DNA from: the human T2T-CHM13v2.0 reference genome, Homo sapiens
Reading direction: 5' to 3' (one strand)
Length of the DNA: 64,000 nucleotides
Assembly (NCBI RefSeq): GCF_009914755.1
Contig: NC_060927.1
Both the position numbers and the translations under genes were made by a program. Under the pieces are notes generated by a model. It made no database searches. It worked only from the letters and a program-made list of their open reading frames with translations, and was not told the DNA's origin. Shown in pieces: positions 32,516 to 50,411 of this stretch. How positions within the stretch are numbered: the first letter of the stretch is position 1; every line of letters begins with the position of its first letter.

Positions 32516-34194
32516 TAACTAGAATTTGTCGAAGCCTCTTTTTGAACATCATTCGGGACTCAGATGTCCTCAGATATAGGGTCCAACATTTGGCATCTAT
32601 ACTCAGCAACCTCTCTGTCCTGTACTCTGAATGGTAGTACTTCATCCACATGGTCACCCCTACCAAAAGGAAAGACACTTCCCTGCTTTGAATAATGTGC
32701 CCAGACTAATGTGGGTGTTGATGTTACCATCTTAATCCCTTCTCATGACTCAGCCCCCCAGTATCCACATATTATGACCTGCGTGGTCTTTTTAAGATAA
32801 AAACTCATGTTTAATACCACTGTACAGGTGGAAATTAAGTTATAGGTCTAAACTTACACTGTAATTCAGCACTCTTCACCAATTATTCCTAATCTAGGCA
32901 TCAAAGCAGGCCTGACTGCCTGCTTGAATTTCAGCCCCTAGAACCCTCCACATCATTGGGACTGTTAGCCTGGACAAAACCAGGACTTCACATAATCATC
33001 GAACTGGGATTAGGCCAAGCATATAGGGAGGGGCAAAGTGACATGTAATTGAGCTCCTGAAAGATCATGCATGCATGGGAAAGTCTTCAGATGTTTCTAG
33101 AAATAGGTCATCTGAAATGCATGTGACTTGGCAGTTTCGTTGACGTAAAAGATTTCTTCTAAAAAAAAGATCTCTCCTAATTAAATTTACTGATGTGGTG
33201 TCACAGAGAAGAAATGCATGTTGTTTAGTTGAGCAAACCACGAGTCTCAGTGTAAGCTTGAGTGATAAGAAGAATTTGAGGATTATTTGAAATTCCCACC
33301 ACCCAAGCAACTTTATGCCTACAGGAAATAGGTGGAAATTACAGTAGGATTTATAGTTGACAGAGTATTGCCTGTGTCTCTCACAAAGCCTTGTTTATTG
33401 CCTTCTACTTTAAAACATAGTACTCCTTGTTGATTTGAGGGACTCATTGGGAATTGGGCCCTACCATCTCCCTCAGAGTTGCTTCTTAATTCCTCAGGAG
33501 GAGCAGTGGTTCCTTTTTCTTTTTAGCTAAGATGAGACTTATTTTTCCAGGGTCCCCTTTTTTACAGTATAAGTGTCTCTGTCAAAAGGAAGTGTTTTTC
33601 ATTCCTTGAGGAAAAGCGAATCTGTTTTATTTCGCTTTCATTGTAAACCCATGAGCTTAGTTTGGATTTTTATCCTTTTTGATATCTAAAGCCACTTTAA
33701 AATTAAACTTGTTCAGCCAAATATTGAAGTTCACGTAGTGGGAGGATTTGCCAGCCAGTTTTTTGTTTATGTACCATATCTACAGTTTCTGACTTTAAGC
33801 ATCAACCAAAAAAGTGGAAAGGGCTTTGGAAATCAGGAACTAATCCTAAAACCTGGGTAAGGATTTGGATGGGTCTGACTCTGAAGTTTCCTTTGGTTCA
33901 TTCTTTGCTGCTTGCAAGACTGAATCAAGGTCCAGTTTACTTTAGCAGGAAAGAGATGTGGTGTAGCTCCCAACAGATTCTGCCCTACTTTATATGCTTT
34001 AAGACATCCTGATTGAGTACAAGTGTATTTCATTGTGTCTTAAGTCATCTTCTGGGTCTTTCCAGTTACTCTTTTAGTTACCCTTTTTAAACCAAGCTTT
34101 TGCAACTCCTGGCCCCCTCCAACAGGTGGCTTAGTTGGAAGAAGTCAGAGAGGCCTGGGTTGAGTGTACCCAAGATAAGTCTGAATTCTATATT

Positions 34195-34260
34195 AATTCC
34201 TGTCTTTCCATTCTGGAATTCGGGAAGTCCTTAATAATAGCATGCAGAGCTAAACACAAC
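34195..34260 (+). repeat. 66-bp dispersed direct repeat, copy 2
   Basis: 60/66 identical to 31521-31586. Confidence 0.93.
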
Positions 34261-35439
34261 CACATAGCTTAAATACTAGCTACCAGTCAGTGTCAGATGC
34301 CTCTTTCATAGGGGTTGCAATTTTAAGTGACAATGAGGTAGTGCAACTGATTTAAAGTAGGAGGGGAAAGAGAGAGGAGGAGGAGAAGGCAATTATAAGG
34401 ACTTCATGAGTTGAGCAAGATTTTAAACGTAAAGACGAAGGAGGTGAGGAAAGATGGGAAAAACTGAAATGTGTTTTCAGTGGATCTACAGGGGAGACAG
34501 TTTTTAAGTTTCTCACATTTTGAATCTTTAAGGGAGACAATTTTTGAGTCCGATTTATGTTAGAAACCTCTTTATACAATTAAAGAAATCATACCATTGG
34601 ATAATCAGAATTGTTTTATCCTTTTTGTTCTAAGGAACCTCTCAAATGAACAATTTTGTTCCTATCAAAAGTTCCCCAAAGGGATCACTGTCATTCCAAA
34701 TTGTCTTTGGAAATTTGTGGCACTTAAAAAGATATGCACAGGAGTTAGGGCTGTAATTAGAAAACATAAAGAAAGCCTGTGCTTGTGGTGGAGGAGGCAG
34801 TTTTAGATTGAAAAGACCAAGACATGAGCCGCAACATATCCATGGGTTGCTGCTTGTGGAATTTTGCATCTTGGTGCTTGATCAAAGTCAAGTCATCATT
34901 GATCAGGAGCCAGACAAAGCCTCCTGCTTATCGGTAGACAAAACTAACATAAAAGCAGTTCTCAGGAACACAAGAACAAGACTGAGGGAGAAGTCATTAT
35001 GAGATTTTGCAATGGTGACTCGGGCACAGCGTGTCTCCAAGAAGTAACTGACTGACCACTTGACCACTTCACCCTTAGGGCTAGCTCAAGGACAAATTTA
35101 TGGGACCTATTCCCATCCTCTCCCAGTGGACAAACAACATTCAAGATAGTACACAAGCAGATAGATAGGGCATTAGGCCAGCAGATGTTAGTTACTAGAA
35201 AACATTTTCACCAAAGAACAATAGAATTCTGATCAAAAAACCAAATGTCCAAAGTGGGACCTATTCTTAAGAAAATAAGATAAATGCAACAGTAAAATCT
35301 TCAGTGAAATCCTGGAGTTCAATTCAGCATGAACGTAGTTCCCAGCCAAGGGTGAGTGGCACCTCATCCAGGTAGAGACACAAGTGGGTCTCAGATGCAT
35401 GCACTGTTTCTGAGTCAAAGGTTCCAGTCAAAGGTAGTG

Positions 35440-36330
<891 letters not shown>

Positions 36331-36410
36331 GATAAGGACTGAGAATAAAAATCCCCTAACCATCACCCTCTAGAAATAAACAGCCACCATCAGCATCTTA
36401 GCGCAGATCA

Positions 36411-36743
<333 letters not shown>

Positions 36744-36809
36744 TTACCTATGTGTATTGTATTTTGTGTCCACTTGTCTGTGTTGTGTTGTGTTTTGTCA
36801 TGTCTCTTT

Positions 36810-37150
36810 ATAAAATTTAAATACCCTAAAATTTACCCATTTTAAGTATATACTCAGTGTTTTAAGTAAATTTATATACTTGTGCACCCATCACCATGAT
36901 CAGTTTTAGAACTGGATTTCCATTACTGAAAAAAGGTTCCCCACGCCATTAGTCAATCCCACACCCACTCCAACCCCCAGCATGACTAATCTTTCTGTCT
37001 CTGTAGTTTTGCCTTTTCCAGAAATGTTATATAAATGAAATCATACAATGTGTAGTCATTTCTGTTTTATTTCATTTAGCATAATGCTTTTGAGATTAAT
37101 CCATGTTCTGTTTATAGTAGTTCATTCCCTTTTATTGATGACTTGTTTTA
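36810..37150 (-). mobile_element. L1MB-like 3' end
   Basis: taaaatttacccattttaagtatatactcagtg...tgactaatctttctgtctctgtagttttgccttttccagaaatg. Confidence 0.75.
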
Positions 37151-37245
37151 TTGTTAAGCGAGAGGTCATCTTATAACCTGATTTACTCACTTAAATATTC
37201 CATGAACATATATTTATGGGCCATTAAATACTTTTCTACAACATC

Positions 37246-37539
37246 TTTTTTTTTTTTGGAGATGGAGTCTCACTCTGTTGCCTAGGCTGGAATGCAGTAG
37301 TACAATCTCCACTCACTGCAACTTCCCCTCCCAGGTTCAAGAGATTCTCCTGCCTCAGCCTCCCAAGTAGCTGGGATTACAGGCACCTGCCACCACGCCT
37401 GGCTAATTTTTGTATTTTTGGTAGAGACAGGGTTTCACCGTGTTGCCAGTCTGGTCTCAAAACTTCTGACCTCAGGGGATCTGCCTGCCTCGGCCTCCCA
37501 AAGTGCTGGGATTGCAGATGTGAGTCACCGCGCCCGGCC
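37246..37539 (-). mobile_element. AluS SINE
   Basis: Full dimer. TSD tacaacatc. Confidence 0.92.
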
Positions 37540-37655
37540 TACAACATCATTTTTAATGGTCATACAGTTTTCCATTGTTTGAATTTACGCACTCCCTATC
37601 ATTGAACATTCAAACTGTTTATAGTTATACATTATTTTTTTAAAAGCTAAGTAGC

Positions 37656-37947
<292 letters not shown>

Positions 37948-38371
37948 CTAATGTTTACGTGCAAAATTATTTCCTAAGAACACATAACTAACTGTAATTG
38001 CTTGGTCAGAAGAGATACAAAAGATTAAGGCTTTTGATGCACACTCTCAAATCAAATTCCAGAAATTCTCTGGGTCTTCTGTGAATATGCCTGAACAGAA
38101 ACATGAGCAGATATTATGATTCCAGATGTTAAATATGGACTTTTCAATCCCTTTGTGATAAACCCATTCTGCAAACTGGAGTAGCCCAACCTGGGCCCAT
38201 CCCATGTCTTTGAAATCCTGAGTGATTGCTCACACCTTTGCAGCTGTGAGGATGGGTAACAGGGGCCCATACACCTGGGCCCAGAGCGAGGAGATATGTC
38301 TTAGAGGAGCTCAAGCAGCAGGCTGTGGTGGTGGTGTCAGCATCAGAGCCCTAGTGCATCCTGTCTGGACA

Positions 38372-38421
38372 GACTTCAGAGAGTCAGTCAAAACACGACT
38401 TCAGAGAGTCAGTCAGAACAC
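38372..38421 (+). repeat. 25-bp tandem duplication
   Basis: gacttcagagagtcagtca(a/g)aacac x2. Confidence 0.9.
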
Positions 38422-38611
38422 AGAGCAACAGTTTGACCATCTTTGCTTTACACTGGGCTTAGGTCGGTTTCTCAGGTTAGCAAAAAATTAAATTCTCAGT
38501 ATTTCCAGTTTAACAATATGATATTTAAGAATATGATATTTGGAGTTTTTTGTTTGTTTGCTTGTTTGTTTTTGTTTTTTTAACATATAAACTTTTAAAA
38601 TAACCACATTA

Positions 38612-38899
38612 GGCTGGGCGCTGTGGCTCACGCCTGTAATCCCAGCACTATGGGAGGCCGAGGCGGGCAGATCATGAGGTCAAAGATCAAGACCATCTTG
38701 GCCAACATGGTGAAACCCCATCTCTATTAAAAATACAAAAATTAGCTGGGCATGGTGGCATGTGCCTGTGAAGTCACATACTCAGGAGGCTGAGGCAGGA
38801 GAGTTGCTTGAACCCGGGAGCTAGAGGTAGCAGTGAGCCAAGATCGCACCACTACGCTCCCACCTGGTGACAGAGCAAGACTCCGTCTCAAAAAAAAAA
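38612..38899 (+). mobile_element. AluSc-like SINE
   Basis: Full dimer. Confidence 0.9.
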
Positions 38900-39739
38900 C
38901 TGCATTAATTGTCCATGTGTGCCATGACTTAGTGTGTCTAACATTTCACTCCCATAAACAATCCACCATGGACAATTCTGTGCATAAATCTTGTTCTCAC
39001 TTCATATTATTTCCTTGAAGTGGAAAAGATATGAATCTATTTAAGACTCTTGATATATATTAACAAATTATTTTCCTAAGAAGTTATTCCATCTTCCACT
39101 CTAGGATCTGTTTTTGAATTGTACATTGTGCTTCAGTGATTTAACTATTGCATTTTTACAGACAGTTTTAACACCTGGCAGACTAGCCTTTCTTCATTTC
39201 TTTTCTTATAATTATTTTACCTCTTCTCACCTGTTTATTTTTCTCAGCAAAACTCTGCATAATTTGTTAAGTTTCCCCAAAATCACCATGACATTTCAAT
39301 TGAAATGTGGTTAAACTTAGAATTAATTCAGGAAGGTTTCACATCTTTACCTCATCCAAACTTTCATCCTAGCTCATGGTCTGTCTCAAGTATTTTCTTT
39401 TCTTTTGTGTTCTTGTAGAATAGAATCTCTTTCTGCTATATTTTCTGACTGATAATGGCTGGCATATTTTTCTTCTGTAAAACCACATTGACACCAACAT
39501 TTGTTTTATTTCAGTTAAGATTTATTGTGAGTTGATAGTCTTCTTAATGTTGTCAAATAAAGGTTAATACCATGGAAATCTGATCAGTTAAGAAAAATAT
39601 ATGTAGACTGATAAAAAACTATAAGAAAGAATTAATCTATTAATCTAATAGATTAATCCAAGTAACTTGAATCCTCTGGAATATATGAGGAAAATAACTC
39701 ATTATTTTCTTAGTATAATTGATTTTTTAAATCTTTTAA

Positions 39740-40303
39740 ATTTTTTTAAATTTATTTTTATTTTTTGAGGCAGGGTCTCACTCTGTTGTCCAGGCTGGAG
39801 TACAGAGGCACAATCTGGGCTTATTGCAGCCTTGACCTCCTGGGCTCAAGCAGACCTCGTGCCTCAGCCTCCCAAGTAGCTGGGACTGTAAGCACATGCC
39901 CCTACGCCCGGCTAATTTTTGTATTTTTTTTTTTTATAGAGATGGTGTCTCACTGTGTTGCCCAGGCTAGTCCTGAGCTCCTGGGCTCAAGCAGTCCTCC
40001 CTCCTTGGCCTCCCAAAGTGCTGGGATTATAGGCATGAGCCACTGCACCCAGCCTACTGTCCTTTTAAAAAGATGTAATTGAGAAAAATTGCATATATTT
40101 ATGGTGTACAATGTGTTGTTTTGATATATGTACACATTGTGGAATGATTAAACCAAGGTAATTAGCATATCCATCACCTCACACATATCATTTGTTGTGA
40201 TGGGAATGTTAAAAATCTACTCTCTTAGCAATTTTCTACTAAATAATGCATTGCTATTAACTGTAGTCACCAGGATGCACAGTAGATCTCCAGAACTTAT
40301 TCC
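39740..40303 (-). mobile_element. AluJ (39740-40054) followed by L1MA-type 3' end (~40075-40303)
   Basis: Alu consensus, then tatatttatggtgtacaatgtgttgttttgatatatgtacacattgtggaatgatt...tagatctccagaacttattcc. Confidence 0.82.
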
Positions 40304-40985
40304 AATGGCATATAATTTTTTAAATTTTTATTTGCATATTTGTTTTCTATCCTAATTCCCTACTGATCTTACTTTAACAGGTAAAATCCTCTTAGATTTT
40401 CTAGGATTCTATGATCAGCAAATAAGGATGTTTTCTTCTTCTAATAGTTATGCCATGGTGTCTGATTATTTTCTTTATTATACTTTTTAGAAAACCCTAT
40501 GCAGTGTTAAAGAATGCTGGCTACAGGCAGTCAGGTCTTATTTCCAGATATAAATGCAACAAACGCTTCCCTGGTTAGATGTGATGTTGGCTGTTGGTTT
40601 GGGATGGATAGTCTCTGTCATGTTAAGGAAGCAGCCTTCTGGTTTTGTTTATCAGCACTCATATTAGGAATGGGAGTTATATTTTACTTAATGCCTATTG
40701 TCCAGTTGTTGAGGTGATGTATTATTTGCTTTTAATTTTCTCTTTTGCCCTTTAGATATGATTTATGTTCAGTTAATTGATTGCCTAATATTGAGATATC
40801 CTCAGATAAATTCATATTGACCATGTCATGGTAGACTTAATATACCATTAAATTCTGTTTGGGAAAAAAAATCTATTTGCAAAAAAATCTATTTGCTGGG
40901 GTTATATAGAATTTTGCAGTTATTTTACTAAGACTAGCTTTTTCTCAATATGCATTGTTAGGTTAGTGAAAGAGGGTTTCACTGA

Positions 40986-41354
<369 letters not shown>

Positions 41355-41512
41355 TAACTTGTTCCTTGCTGAATAGACAGACACCCTTAAGGGAGGGAGG
41401 TATTAGGCCCTGACAAGCTGCAGCCATATTATATTATATTTTGCAGACTTTTATTATCTTCTTAAGCAGGAAACATGGCTCTTTCATTTAGCTTTGGTGG
41501 TCACATTAAGTC

Positions 41513-41817
41513 TTTTTTTTTTTTTTTTTTTTTTTTTTTTGAGATGGAGTCTTGCTCTGTCGCCCAGGCTGGAGTGCAGTGGCGCGATCTCGGCTCACTG
41601 CAAGCTCCGCCTCCCGGGTTCACACCATTTGCCTGCATCAGCCTCCTGAGTAGCTGGGACTACAGGCCCCCGCCACCATACCCAGCTAATTTTTTGTATT
41701 TTTAGTAGAGACGGGGTTTCACCATGTTGGTCAGGATGGTCTCGATCTGACTTCGTGATCCGCCCGCCTCGGCCTACCAAATTGCTGGGATTACAGGCGT
41801 GAGCCACTGCGCCGGCC
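41513..41817 (-). mobile_element. AluY-like SINE
   Basis: ctgcaagctccgcctcccgggttcacaccatt, long T tail, TSD cacattaagtctttt. Confidence 0.92.
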
Positions 41818-43444
41818 CCACATTAAGTCTTTTAAGTAGCCTGCTGTTAATTCTGTCGTAGTCTTTTCTATAAAACAATACTGATCCAATTTGTGATAAA
41901 CTCACCCACTCTCATCGCAGAATATATATTTCTCCCGTTCATCTTCCTTCTTTGGCCCACTTTATCTGTCTACCTCCTTCATTTTGTTTCTCCCAGGAAG
42001 GACTGATGTAAATGGGATTTTCAGAAACTCCCTCCAGCATGCCCCTCTCTGCATCTGGAATACAGGGGTCAGAGGATCTACTCTGTCTAGGGTCCTTCCT
42101 CTCCCTGGCAGGTCTTATGGTAGTGTACACTGTGGTTTGCCTCTATCAGTCTGTCCTTCATTTCTGTGACCAGATCTCCAACAGGACATGTTCTAAAGAA
42201 GTGTGGTAGAAACTAGCCCATTTCAAACTTTGCACCGTGATTTTTCTACACGTCACCCCACTGGGGCTTTTGTGATCAGTTTTATAATAAAGAGTGGATC
42301 TAGATTGAACCTTAGTTTTGCTACAGTGTTTCATTCAGTCATTCCATAAACATTTATTGAGCGTGTACTATGTGTCAGGCAGTGTTCTAGGCATTTGTAG
42401 GAAAGCGGGAGAGAGCAGTTGGAGCAGTGGACATTGTGTTCATTTCAGTTGCAGTCCTCCCTGAAGTTTTACAGATCTATAGCAACTCATTTTTTTTCAG
42501 TTCAAAGAAGCAGTGGGAAACCTATGTCTCCTGCTCTCCCCCATGAGATGTGTATTGTTTTTTCCTGAATGAGCAGCTGGGGACATAGCCCAGGCAAGTG
42601 AGGAGTCGTATGTACCAGGAATGTCCCCCTAGGTCATTACTCATGGGTATTAGGTGCCCCCAGGAGAGAATGGGGAAATGATGCCTCCTGCCTCTCCCAG
42701 CATCTGAGGAGGGTTAATGTAACAGAGTGTTGAAAGTCCTTTGCAGACAGAAGCACTATATTGTGATAGGGCCTTAATATTGTCTTCTCAGACTGTCAAG
42801 TCATTCCTGTCCCAAGGATCTGGGACAGCTTTTATGCATATTTCATTTTTTCTAAAACACTTACCTTTCATATACCTTCAGTTTTATTCCTGCATCTTAG
42901 AAAGATAACTCCAGAATGACTAAAGAAAACATGGTCCACCAAGGTGGCATGTCAGAAATGACCATTCCTAGAGTTCCCCTGAGAGGCTGATTTTCAAAGA
43001 AGTTCTCCCCAAAGAGCAACAGAATTGAGATCTATATCTTAAGGGAGATGTGAAGTCCTCTTGGCATAATGGCCATTATTGCCCTGGATAAAAAGCAAAC
43101 ATTTTAGAGACGCCGAAAGTACTTAGAACCTAACAGTCCTCTATCAATTGCTTAAAGAGTAAACAGAGACCTTTTATAAGAAACAGACCCAGCGTCTTGG
43201 CAGTTTGCAAACAGGATGAGGAAATCTTTTTTTCCTTCCTGAAGCTTCGGATCTGAGAAGCTAAAGACACCACATCTGAATTCACAAAGTTTCTTTTGTT
43301 TACCATAATATTGTCCTATCTAGATGAGGGTGGTAGCTGCTTGCCTAGGGAAATTTTGAGTATTTGGAGCCACTGACACTGTTTCTAGACAAAAGACTCA
43401 AGGGTTCCTTTGCTGGTCAACAGTAAAAGAGCAGAAAATCATCT

Positions 43445-43770
<326 letters not shown>

Positions 43771-43839
43771 TCACCAAACAGCGAGCTCCTTGGTGGTGCT
43801 CGTGTTGGAGACGTAATTTCACCATCCTGAAAAATGACC

Positions 43840-44345
43840 CAACAGGCAACAGCTTGGATGGATCTTAGGGGAATATGCTGATTGAAAGAAGCTAATCACT
43901 AAAGCAATCTACCATATTATTCCATTTATATAACAGTCCTGAGATAACACAATTGTAGAGATGGAGAACATATTCATGGTTGCCATGGGTTAGGAGTTGT
44001 GGGTGGTGGCCATAAAAGAGTGGCGCTAGGGAGCCTTGTGATGATGGAACTCTTCTGGCTCTTGGCTGTGTTAACTGATGGTGGTTACATGAAACTACAC
44101 ATGGTTATGCTAAGTTACACACACACACACACATACACACACATTAGTTATTAAACTGATGGAATCCAAATAAGCTCTGTGGATTGCATTCATGTCAACT
44201 TCCTGGTTTTGATATTGTGATATAATCATGCCAGCTGTGACCATTGGAGGAGGCTGGGTGAAGGGTGCACAGGACCTCACATAGGACCTCCTGAACATTT
44301 CTTTGTAACTTCCTGTGAATCTATAATTATTGCAGAATAAAGGAT
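43840..44345 (+). mobile_element. L1MC/MD-like 3' end containing a (CA)n repeat at ~44117-44143
   Basis: tggatggatcttaggggaatatgctgattgaaagaagc...gtaacttcctgtgaatctataattatt...aataaa. Confidence 0.75.
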
Positions 44346-44460
44346 TTTTTTAATTGCCTTTCTAAACTCATAAGTCTTGAGTGTTGAGATTCTAATTCTG
44401 GAAAATAATATAGACTATGAGAGGAAGGAAGGGAGGAAGGAATTTATTTCCAATTGAAAG

Positions 44461-44760
44461 TTTTATTTTTTATTTTTATTTGTTTATTTTTTGAGACAGG
44501 GTCTCACTCTGTTGCCCAGGCTGAGTGCAGTGGCATGATCACAGCTCACTGCAACCTCAACCTCTCAGGCTCAGGTGATCCTCCCGCCTCAGCCTCCTGA
44601 GGAGCTGGGACGTAGGCATGCACCACCACATCTGGCTAATTTTTTATTTTTTTGTAGAGACTAGGGCCTAGGCTAGTCTTGAACTCCTGGGCTTAAGTGA
44701 TACCTCCACCTCAGCCTCTCAAAGTGCTAGGATTATAGGCGTGAGCCACCACACCTGGTC
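44461..44760 (-). mobile_element. AluJ SINE
   Basis: Antisense dimer. Confidence 0.88.
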
Positions 44761-45376
44761 TGAAGAAGGTTTTAACACCTACACATACACACACACCTAA
44801 CCAGATCCAACCATTCATCTTACTACTGTCTGAGGCAGGCATTCCTCCTGCTGTGTGTGGCAGAGTACGTGGAATGTGCCTGCAGGAGCACTCGGAGCCC
44901 TGGCTGGCCTGTCCTCAGGGCACTGCTCCTGGGGAGTGAACTCACTTCTGTATGTGCCCAGCTTCGGGAGAAAAGTGCCTACAACCATCTGCAGAAAATC
45001 TGTCCAGTTTCCAGTGTGCCTCTCTGGGCTTCTTGAAGCAAAGCGAAACCTAATTTTTAAATTGAAAAGCATGTCTATACGTGTTTTGTAAAGCATTCAA
45101 CGTTACAAGAGAGTGTGTCCTAAGCTGTCACTCAGTTGCTTCCCAGAGAACCTTTGTCACCAATGCTATGTTTAATCTGACAGAAGCATGTGATGGATGG
45201 ATGTGACATGTCTACCTTTATAGAGATGTTAACATCCTATACAAACATTTTTTGCTCTTACTGTTCTTTAGAGTAGTTCTGTATCAACACTATTCCATTC
45301 TTTTTTTAACAGAGATAGGGTGTCCTAACCAGTGAATGTAGTGATGGGCATTTGGGTGATGGTCCTTCTTTTGCTC

Positions 45377-45407
45377 TGTGTGTGTGTGTGTGTATGTGTG
45401 TGTGTGT
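45377..45407 (+). repeat. Interrupted (TG)n microsatellite
   Basis: Read directly from the sequence. Confidence 0.9.
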
Positions 45408-47700
45408 CTTTGTCTTTGTGTGCCTCTTTGAGATTAGTCCCTTGTCCAAAATATGTTATTTAAAATAAGTAAGATCTCCTTAACATTTCTGTTTCTCTGG
45501 CCATTTTTATAGTTCTGTGTGACTTTTCCTTCTCGATATTTGCCTCTGGTGTGTGACTCGTGATCTCCAAGTAATCCATCAGCACCTTAATTTTGAGAGC
45601 ACAGTGAGAGAGCCTTTACGTCCCTTAGGGATTCTGAAGGAATTCTCCCTCTTGAGGTCTCAGTCCACAAATCTATTTTTCTTCATAAAATAATTTGGGA
45701 TGACTTTCTTTGTAGCTTTTTATAAAAAGTGGTTGTGAAATGTAGCTATTGTGTTTTGCTGTCTTTACACTGTACTCATTAACTTCAACAAAATTATAAA
45801 CGTAAAAATCATGTAAAAGTATGTGTGATAATTACAGGGGAGAATAAGATACCCACTGATGCTCTGATAGTTTTTTATACATGAATGTGTGTGCTGTGTA
45901 GATGTTGCTGTTTCAAAATACTGTCAATGAAATTATTTCTCTGTGTAAAGGATAAAGCAAAGTGGCCTCCTTCCTATTCACTTCCTTGGAATTGCCAAGG
46001 CTACATGAGGCATAGCAGGGATCGGACGCCGCAGAGTCCCTGACTCTTCCCCCCTGGTGTGTCTATGAGTGCAGGGGTGAGGAGATGAGGTGGAGGCAGG
46101 CCTGAAGATGGCCACCAGGAGAGGACTGCCATCCACAGAAGCCATGATCACTCTGGGGTGCCATGGTGACATGGTGACCTCACCACCTCTCAGTGGGAAG
46201 AGGAGGCTTGTTTCGGTTATTCTGCAGGAAAGTCTGCAATAGTAGCTCTCTCAGAGGAGGGGAAGGAAGGGGGTGGGCTGTGGGCCATAGCCGACCTTGT
46301 CAGGTAGGCTTGTGTGCCAGGGCCTTGCCACTTCCCAGCCTGTGTTTAGACTGTGTGTCCTGAAGGCCAGCTCTCCACCTGACCTCTCCCCTAGGCATTA
46401 CCACATAAAGGAATCATTGTATTTTCCACGCAAGTGTTAGGTATTCTTACTTCCCTAAAATGAGCAAGGAGGCGAAAACGCTACATAAAAACCAGGGTCC
46501 TGAGTTTCTGTTCCTCACTGCTGAACAGGATGGCCCCACTCCCATCTATATGGAAATGCTGGCAGGGGCCCAGGCTACTATAAATAAGCATCCTGACTGC
46601 TCCAGGAAGGCTGGGCTTCCTCATTTTTTTTAAAGTGGAATTTGTAACAGCTTCTGCCCAGAACATTTGTGTCCAAGGTCCTTTCATCTCCCAGGCATCC
46701 TGTACAACTGCCATACGGAGGTTTTGGAAATCTTCCCGCTGCAGCTGGGTCACAGGACAAGCCACACAGGACCAGCTCACTAAAAGAAGTGATGATCTCT
46801 CTTCTGTGACCTCCGTCTCATATTCAGATGTGAGTTTTAATAGGATTCCATCTGAGGAACAAGCAGGAATCTTCTTTCTCCTTCTGCCAAAAGGCACATC
46901 TGTTAGACACAGAATAGGTTCATTAGCAAGCGCAAAAGCCCCGGGCCACAGGAACCATCTGGGCAGCAGGAATCTGTCTTTCATACCACATGATCCTCAG
47001 CTCCTAAGGAGTCTTCACTTCCCTCAGGCTGACTGGCAACACAGGGTTACAGCAAGAGTGCCAGGTAGTAAAACATGGAAAGCTACAACAAATAAGGCTA
47101 TGGCACTGGCACAAGAACCAAGACAGGTCAACAGAACAGAATGGACTGATGGACAGTGCAAGTCAGAGCGGTCGGTGGAACTCTCAGTTCCAGTCCACAA
47201 CAAGATAAGGAGCTTGTGCTAGCTCCTAAGTCAGCTGTGTCACCGAGGACACCGCTGAGTTAGGCTACCATTTTTTTTCCCTCTCAATGAAGGAGGTGAT
47301 GTGTTGATTTACATTCTGGCCCAAGTTATTTACCTTATGGCAAACAGGCACTTTGAGTAGCTCAGAAGTGAACAGTTTTTGAAACAGTCCCTGGTATAAT
47401 ACTTGAAAGAAAAATCACAAACCAATAGGGAAGGGAAGATATATTCAACAAATTGGGTTTGGAAAGTTGACCATGTTATTTTTTTTTAAATAATGTTTTT
47501 TCACAGTAAACACAAAAGAAATTACTAATAGATTTGAAAGTTAAATGGAGAAGAAAATGAAATCATGAAAAGAACCTAAAAGAAAAATCTTAAACTGATC
47601 TCACAGGACGAAAAAATGTTAAATATTTTTTCAAATTAAAAAAGTAATAAAATATCCCTTGTAGAAAATCTGTAACATAGTCTTTAAAAAAGAAAGAGAA

Positions 47701-47995
<295 letters not shown>

Positions 47996-48339
47996 AAGAG
48001 AAATTACCCATACTTCTACTCCCCAGAGATACTACTTTGATTTATTTACTACCAATGTTATTACTATTTTATTGCAACTGATATTATTACTATTTCCTTC
48101 CAATCTGTTCATATAAAATTTTTATTAAACTAGGGTCCTATTATATATATAATTGTGTGTCATTCTTTGCCATGAAATTAAATATCATTTTAAAACATGG
48201 GAAAAAAGAACATACAAAACTGTATTTACAGCATGATCTTGTGGTGGTGGTGGTGTTTTGTAGAGTTGCTTTATATATACAAATAGTTATTAAATACATT
48301 AAATTACTATATTTTAAAATAAGTTTAAAATGCTATCTG

Positions 48340-48742
<403 letters not shown>

Positions 48743-48871
48743 TCACAACCCAGTGTTATTGGGGCTGGTTTTGGTGGAATTGACTCCCTCTGTCACAAAC
48801 TCAGCTTCAGCCCATACCGTGAGCCATAGACCTATCCCTCTAATGCATTGTACTAGTCTCAGGGCTAATAA

Positions 48872-49415
<544 letters not shown>

Positions 49416-50150
49416 CAGAGGCTTTTAAGTCAAAGCTTTCCCTGCTAGGACAAGCCCTAGTTAAAGTCCTGGAGCACTGGCCACTGCAGCTGCACTTGGA
49501 CAGCTGGCCCTCTGCTACCCTTAGTGCCACCTCTTCTTGGGGGCTGCGGCACGAAGCACTCTGGGAAACGGGGCTTGAGAGGGTTTCATTCCTCAGTGTT
49601 TCCTCGTGTTTGGCCCACCCTGAGCCAAGGAAAGCTCCTTCCATTCCACTAAACGGAGGGCTCCTCTCCCGAGAGGAAGTTTGCAGGAAGGTTAGGATCC
49701 CCCTGCACGTGGTGAGGAGTGTCCTGCCGTTCACTGCATCCTGGCTCCAGTAATTGTGAGTAAAAGAACAGGTTGGGAGGCATTCTCAGACCATAGAATG
49801 CATAGGCAAGATAGGTAGCGAATGCTGCTCAGTACTTTGGAATCAGCTCTCAGGGTAGCACAAAGGCATTCCTTCACCAGCAGAACTTCAGAGAGATGAC
49901 CCATTCAAATCAGCAGCCTTGTTTTTCCAAATGCACACTTTAGAATGGCTTATCCATCCATCTTTACAGCTCTGCGTGCCATTTGTGAAAAACAAAAGCT
50001 ACCCAACAACCTGGGATTATAAACCAGGCCAAAGTGGTGAGCACCCAGCAGCCATGGTCTGGCTTCCCACCGGCTCCTCACACAGCTCCAAGCCAGGCTG
50101 TGTTGGGATGGAAGCTTTGGTCCTGCTCTCATAAGCCTCCCTGTTCTTAG

Positions 50151-50411
<261 letters not shown>

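Noticed and set aside
34207-34227. TTCtgGAATTCggGAA as a heat-shock or STAT element
   Set aside because: Spacing fits neither a three-unit nGAAn HSE nor the TTCN3GAA GAS consensus.
46481-47222. Overlapping 195-aa (+) and 167-aa (-) ORFs in intron 20
   Set aside because: No recognisable domain, no splice context, no poly(A) or TSD of a retrocopy. Consistent with chance.
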